Shown in pieces: positions 59,906 through 64,000 of a stretch of DNA of 64,000 nucleotides. The translations under genes and the position numbers were made by a program. The DNA lies in contig CM059432.1 of NCBI GenBank assembly GCA_030390025.1, positions 147,314,001 through 147,378,000 on the forward strand. The letters run 5' to 3'. Positions within the stretch are counted from its first letter, which is position 1. Each line of letters opens with the position of its first letter. This stretch comes from Squalus acanthias. Lineage: Eukaryota. The notes under the pieces were generated by a model that was not told the origin of the DNA, searched no databases, and saw only the letters and a program-made list of their open reading frames with translations.

Positions 59906-60527
59906 AATGAAGGTAAGTGTGAGGCCAAGCAGGTGGTGGATACGCACTGAACATGGCTACGCGCTGGATGATGGACGGCGCGCAATGCCCATTATGATCC
60001 CAATGCGTATGCAGATTAGGAGGCCTCCCCATAATGTGGCTGGGGTGCCTGAACAATGCACTTGTTTCAAATGTGGAGCAGCGGGGGAGGGGTGGGGTGG
60101 GGGGGGGGGCCAGGGGGCTTCAAGGAGAGTCCTGTCAGAAATGTGTTATATTGACTCCGGTATGGCTCTCACTCTCAAGCAGGACAGCTCTATACTGAAG
60201 CACCTCACCTCACACTGGCCTCCAAAGGCCATATCTTAAAGAGACCTCGTGCCCCCCCAGGTGCTTTTTTTTTTAAAGTGAAGGTATATAAGGATGGCTG
60301 GCACCAGACCTTCTGGCCCCGACCTACCTGCGGATCCCAGCACTCCATGTGTCATGTGCCAGAAATTCTAAAAGGATATGTGGATGATCTGACCTCCCAT
60401 CATTATCGGAGGTCAGATTGGGTGGGCTATGTGAGCAGCAGTCCTGCAACTGGGCCACGTTATCCACCCCTGGGAATGGAACACTTTTCTCCATCCAGTG
60501 CCAGCATCAAGTATCCCCATCAAGTAT

Positions 60528-60895
60528 CAGGACAGGACAAACTAGATGCAGGAAGGATGTTCCCGATGGTCGGGGAGTCCAGAACCAGGGGTCACAGTCT
60601 AAGGATAAGGGGTAAGCCATTTAGGACAGGAATGAGGAGGAATTTCTTCACTCAGAGAGTGGTGAACCTGTGGAATTCTCTGCCACAGAAGGCAGTTGAG
60701 GCCAATTCATTAAATAGATTCAAGAAGGAGTTGGATATATTTCTTAAGGCTAAAGGGATCAAGGGATATGGGGAGAAAGCAGGGACAGGGTACTGAATTT
60801 GGATGATCAGCCATGATCGCATTGAATGGCGGAGCAGGCTAGAGGGGCTGAATGGCCTACTCCTGCTCCTATCTTCTATGATTCTATGATTCTAT
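60528..60895 (+). mobile_element. CR1 LINE 3' fragment
   Basis: LDAGRMFPMVGESRTRGHSL..; same subfamily as 19131. Confidence 0.9.
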
Positions 60896-61417
60896 CAGCA
60901 TGGCTGGATGCAAAGTAAAGCTTCTGCGATCCTACCAAAATAATGTGGGACCTCAACACCAACTCAGAAGGGCATCTTTTATCGAAGCGGTGTGAATATT
61001 CCCATTTCTCGCACCGAAGCTATCCTTGCTGACAAACTGTTAACAGGTTTGTGTTCTGAGCTTACATCACCTATGAAATAGACTGAAACTCATCCGACAG
61101 AGGATTCTGACAGTCCATGGAGAAAGGACACTTTGATCCCAGCAATGTGGGGTATATTTGAACCCAGATATTGAAAGTGAATGGACAATAGACTGGAACC
61201 TCCAATCAGTAAAGTTCACATGTGAACGCCTGATGTACTGATGCTCCCGTGTGTGTTAATTTGCATGTACACAAATAGAGCACACAGGAATGTAGTATGG
61301 GAGCACTAAGGCCCCGAAAATTCCCTAGTGTGGGAAAGATTGCAAATCGGGTGTTTCTCCTGTAGGGGGAGGTCAGAATAAGGGCTGGAGCCTGCATCCA
61401 CATTTTCACCCCATTTA

Positions 61418-61678
61418 AGAACATAAGAAATAGGAGCAGGAGTAGGCCATTCGGCCCTTCGAGCCTGCTCCGCCATTCAATGAGATCATGGCTGATCTTC
61501 TGCCTCAACTCCATTCACCGGCCCTATCGCCATATCCCTTGATGCCCTTACTAGTCAGAAATCTATCGACTTCTGTTTTGAATATACCCAATGACTGAGC
61601 CTCCACAGCCCTCTGGGGTAGAGCATTCCAAAGATTCACCACCCGCTGTGTGAAGAAATTTCTTCTCATCTCAGTCCT
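61418..61678 (-). mobile_element. CR1 LINE 3' fragment
   Basis: RTEMRRNFFTQRVVNLWN; CR1 tail. Confidence 0.9.
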
Positions 61679-62189
61679 TCGGAATCCTGAAGCGGGGAGC
61701 AGGCTGGACATGTCTTCCGATCCCTGCCCCACGTCCTGGCAGCAGTTTTGGGGGAGAGGAGGTAGCCTGGGATTGTGCCTGGGAATTCCATCCAGCTCCC
61801 CACCCTCATTATTCCCACTGGAACCAGGCCCTGATGACAGCAGAGATCTATTGGCCCAGAAATTAGGCTCCCTGGCTTCCCGCGGGTGCAAGGATCCCGC
61901 GCGCACCTACCTACCGCGCCTGCCGTTGACCTCTGGGCCCACGGGGACTTCAGCTCCTGGGCCTGCTCCAAGTGCCGGCACGCAGTGCTTGTGTATCCCA
62001 GGGTCGTAGTTACTGCGATGCGACCCCTGGGATCACGTGGGCCATGGAGAGCCAATGGCAGCAGACCATCTTTCATTCATAGATTTGACAGGAAGACCTG
62101 ACAAATCTATGAATTGAAATCGGCCCCAAAACAACACCTAAACTTCAAATAATTTTTTTAAAAAACCATCACATTTTTAAAATAACTAT

Positions 62190-63084
62190 GGGGGAAAAAT
62201 TCAGTTGGTTGCGCCTCCTGTTAGCGCCTTAAGAGGGCGCTAATGGGGCGCAAAGCATCTAGCGCCCAGGCGCGGCAAAGTTTGCGCTGCTCGCGAAATT
62301 AACTAGACATTTTGCGGCGGCGCTAAACACTACCGCCACGATCTCCTGCGCCGCCAGATCATGACGTCACTCGAGTGCGCAACGCCCCGGTATCGCCCCG
62401 GAGCGGATATTGAGTGGCGCCCCCTGCCTTACTGCCTGATGCGAGCAACGACAGGTTGAGGTGAGCGTTCTGCAGTCATGAAGGGAAAGGGGGAGCGCTA
62501 TTTAAAGGTGACCGCTTCCTGCCTTTTATTGTTGGTGCCATTTTTGAACTACGCATTCTGAGAGAGAGAGAGGGAGAGACTTCTGGAGAGATTCAACGTT
62601 GTGTGAAGGAGTTTTGGGTACTGAGCAGCACTTTGCAGGTTCATTTTGAGTTGCCATTCCTTGTATCAATTTAGCAGAGACTGTGGGGGCTGCACTCTGA
62701 GCTCTTTGCCTGGTACTCTCCATTGTTCTTTCCAGCACATTTGATGTACAGGTCTCTCCAGGCTGAGATTCAAGGCTGCAATGAGCAGGATGTGGATGGA
62801 AAGCAAGATTAACCATCCCCTTTAAGAACTGGCCCGTGCCATTGTGTGTGTGTTCCATTGCTGACTGACATTACATGAGCTTCGCCAGCGCTCTGAGGTA
62901 ACGCCTCGCTCCTCGGCCTTTGCGCCTTAAGACAGGTGTGAAGCGCCTGATTTAGCGCTCCAATCACCTCCAGGGGCGATAAAAGTCAAGTTTGCAGTCG
63001 GTGGCGATAATTAGCGCCAGGCGCTAATCTTTGCACCCAGCCGATAATTGCGCCCCAAATGGGGTGATACTGAATTTCTCCCCC
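62190..63084. mobile_element. 895-bp Harbinger-type MITE (family M1), nested in another MITE-like element ending at ~63517
   Basis: 15-bp TIR GGGGGAAAAATTCAG / CTGAATTTCTCCCCC and 3-bp TSD TAT at 62187-62189 and 63085-63087. Second copy at 24378-25276. Confidence 0.92.
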
Positions 63085-64000
63085 TATAAGTTAAATAAAT
63101 TAACTACATTAAACAAAAATTTAAATTTTTGAAAAAATTAAAATACTTTTTAATAGTGCTAAAAATAAACTTACCTTTCTTTAAAGTATCTAAAAAAGAT
63201 AAACCTGTTGAAAATGTTTTAAAATTGTAATTAATTAACCACTTACCTTGTTGAAAACGGGTCTTGCGCCTCCTTTTGAAATGTGCAGCTTCTTCCATAC
63301 TTACCCTCCCGGAGAAACCTGAAAAAAAACCCTAAGTTCGCTGCGTGCGCGCAGCCTCTCCCGCGTACGCGGTTCACCTCTGAACCGCTCCCTTCACGAG
63401 ACCAGAAGTTCCGGTTTCCCGCGCATGCGCAGTGCATACAGGAAACCGACACTTCAGGAGGCCTTACGGGTGAGTACACAACGCGTACTCACCCGGCAAG
63501 TGCCGAATTTTTGGCCCAATACCTTTGAACTGTAGACCATTTCCTCCTATGAGGGGAAAAGATGTTTGTCCTGATTTTACATTTTGCGCCCATTCCAGGC
63601 TTCGAGCTCCCTCCGTCGGAGCAGCAGGGTGTGGCACCTCATTGGGCCAGGCACCTCTGTTACCCCCCTCCCCCCCACCCACCCCACAGGTATGGGTCAG
63701 GTGCCTCAGTCAGTGGACAGTCAGCAGACCGAAGTCCTACACTGTTGCTCTTCTGGTGGCAGAGCGGGAACTCTCTGGGCATTTTCTGGCCTAAGTATTG
63801 AAATATAAACTCCACTTATTTGAACATGCACCTTGATATGTTGACCCACTATTCAACTGAATCATCCAGCTGTTACTTTTTTAATGAAAAGCTTGCCGGA
63901 CATTCATTACATGCACAAGAGAAAGGATGTGAGGAACGACAAGGGTTGGCTCCCTGGTGCCAGGGTAACAGACATCACTGAATGGGCGCAGAACATTTTA

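Overview
Eukaryotic, repeat-dominated window, most likely from a cartilaginous fish (shark/ray). That assignment rests on an HE1-type V-SINE sharing its 3' tail with abundant CR1/HER1-like LINEs. No intact host gene is recognisable. The first ~2.5 kb looks like a 3' UTR, and there are a few orphan candidate exons. Almost everything else is nested mobile DNA. (i) A near-complete but decayed R2-type retrotransposon (3 zinc fingers + Myb + RT + restriction-like endonuclease, - strand, ~23467-29051) sits outside 28S rDNA and is split by two MITEs. (ii) Three decayed PIF/Harbinger transposons carry a HARBI1-like DDE transposase; two also retain part or all of a convergent, spliced Myb/SANT gene. 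Several Harbinger MITE families are also present. (iii) Penelope-like fragments carry minimal hammerhead ribozyme motifs. (iv) RTE, CR1 and other LINE fragments, a hAT MITE, a probable solo LTR and G/C-rich minisatellites. All alignments and coordinates were read by eye; family names come from motif recognition, not database searches.
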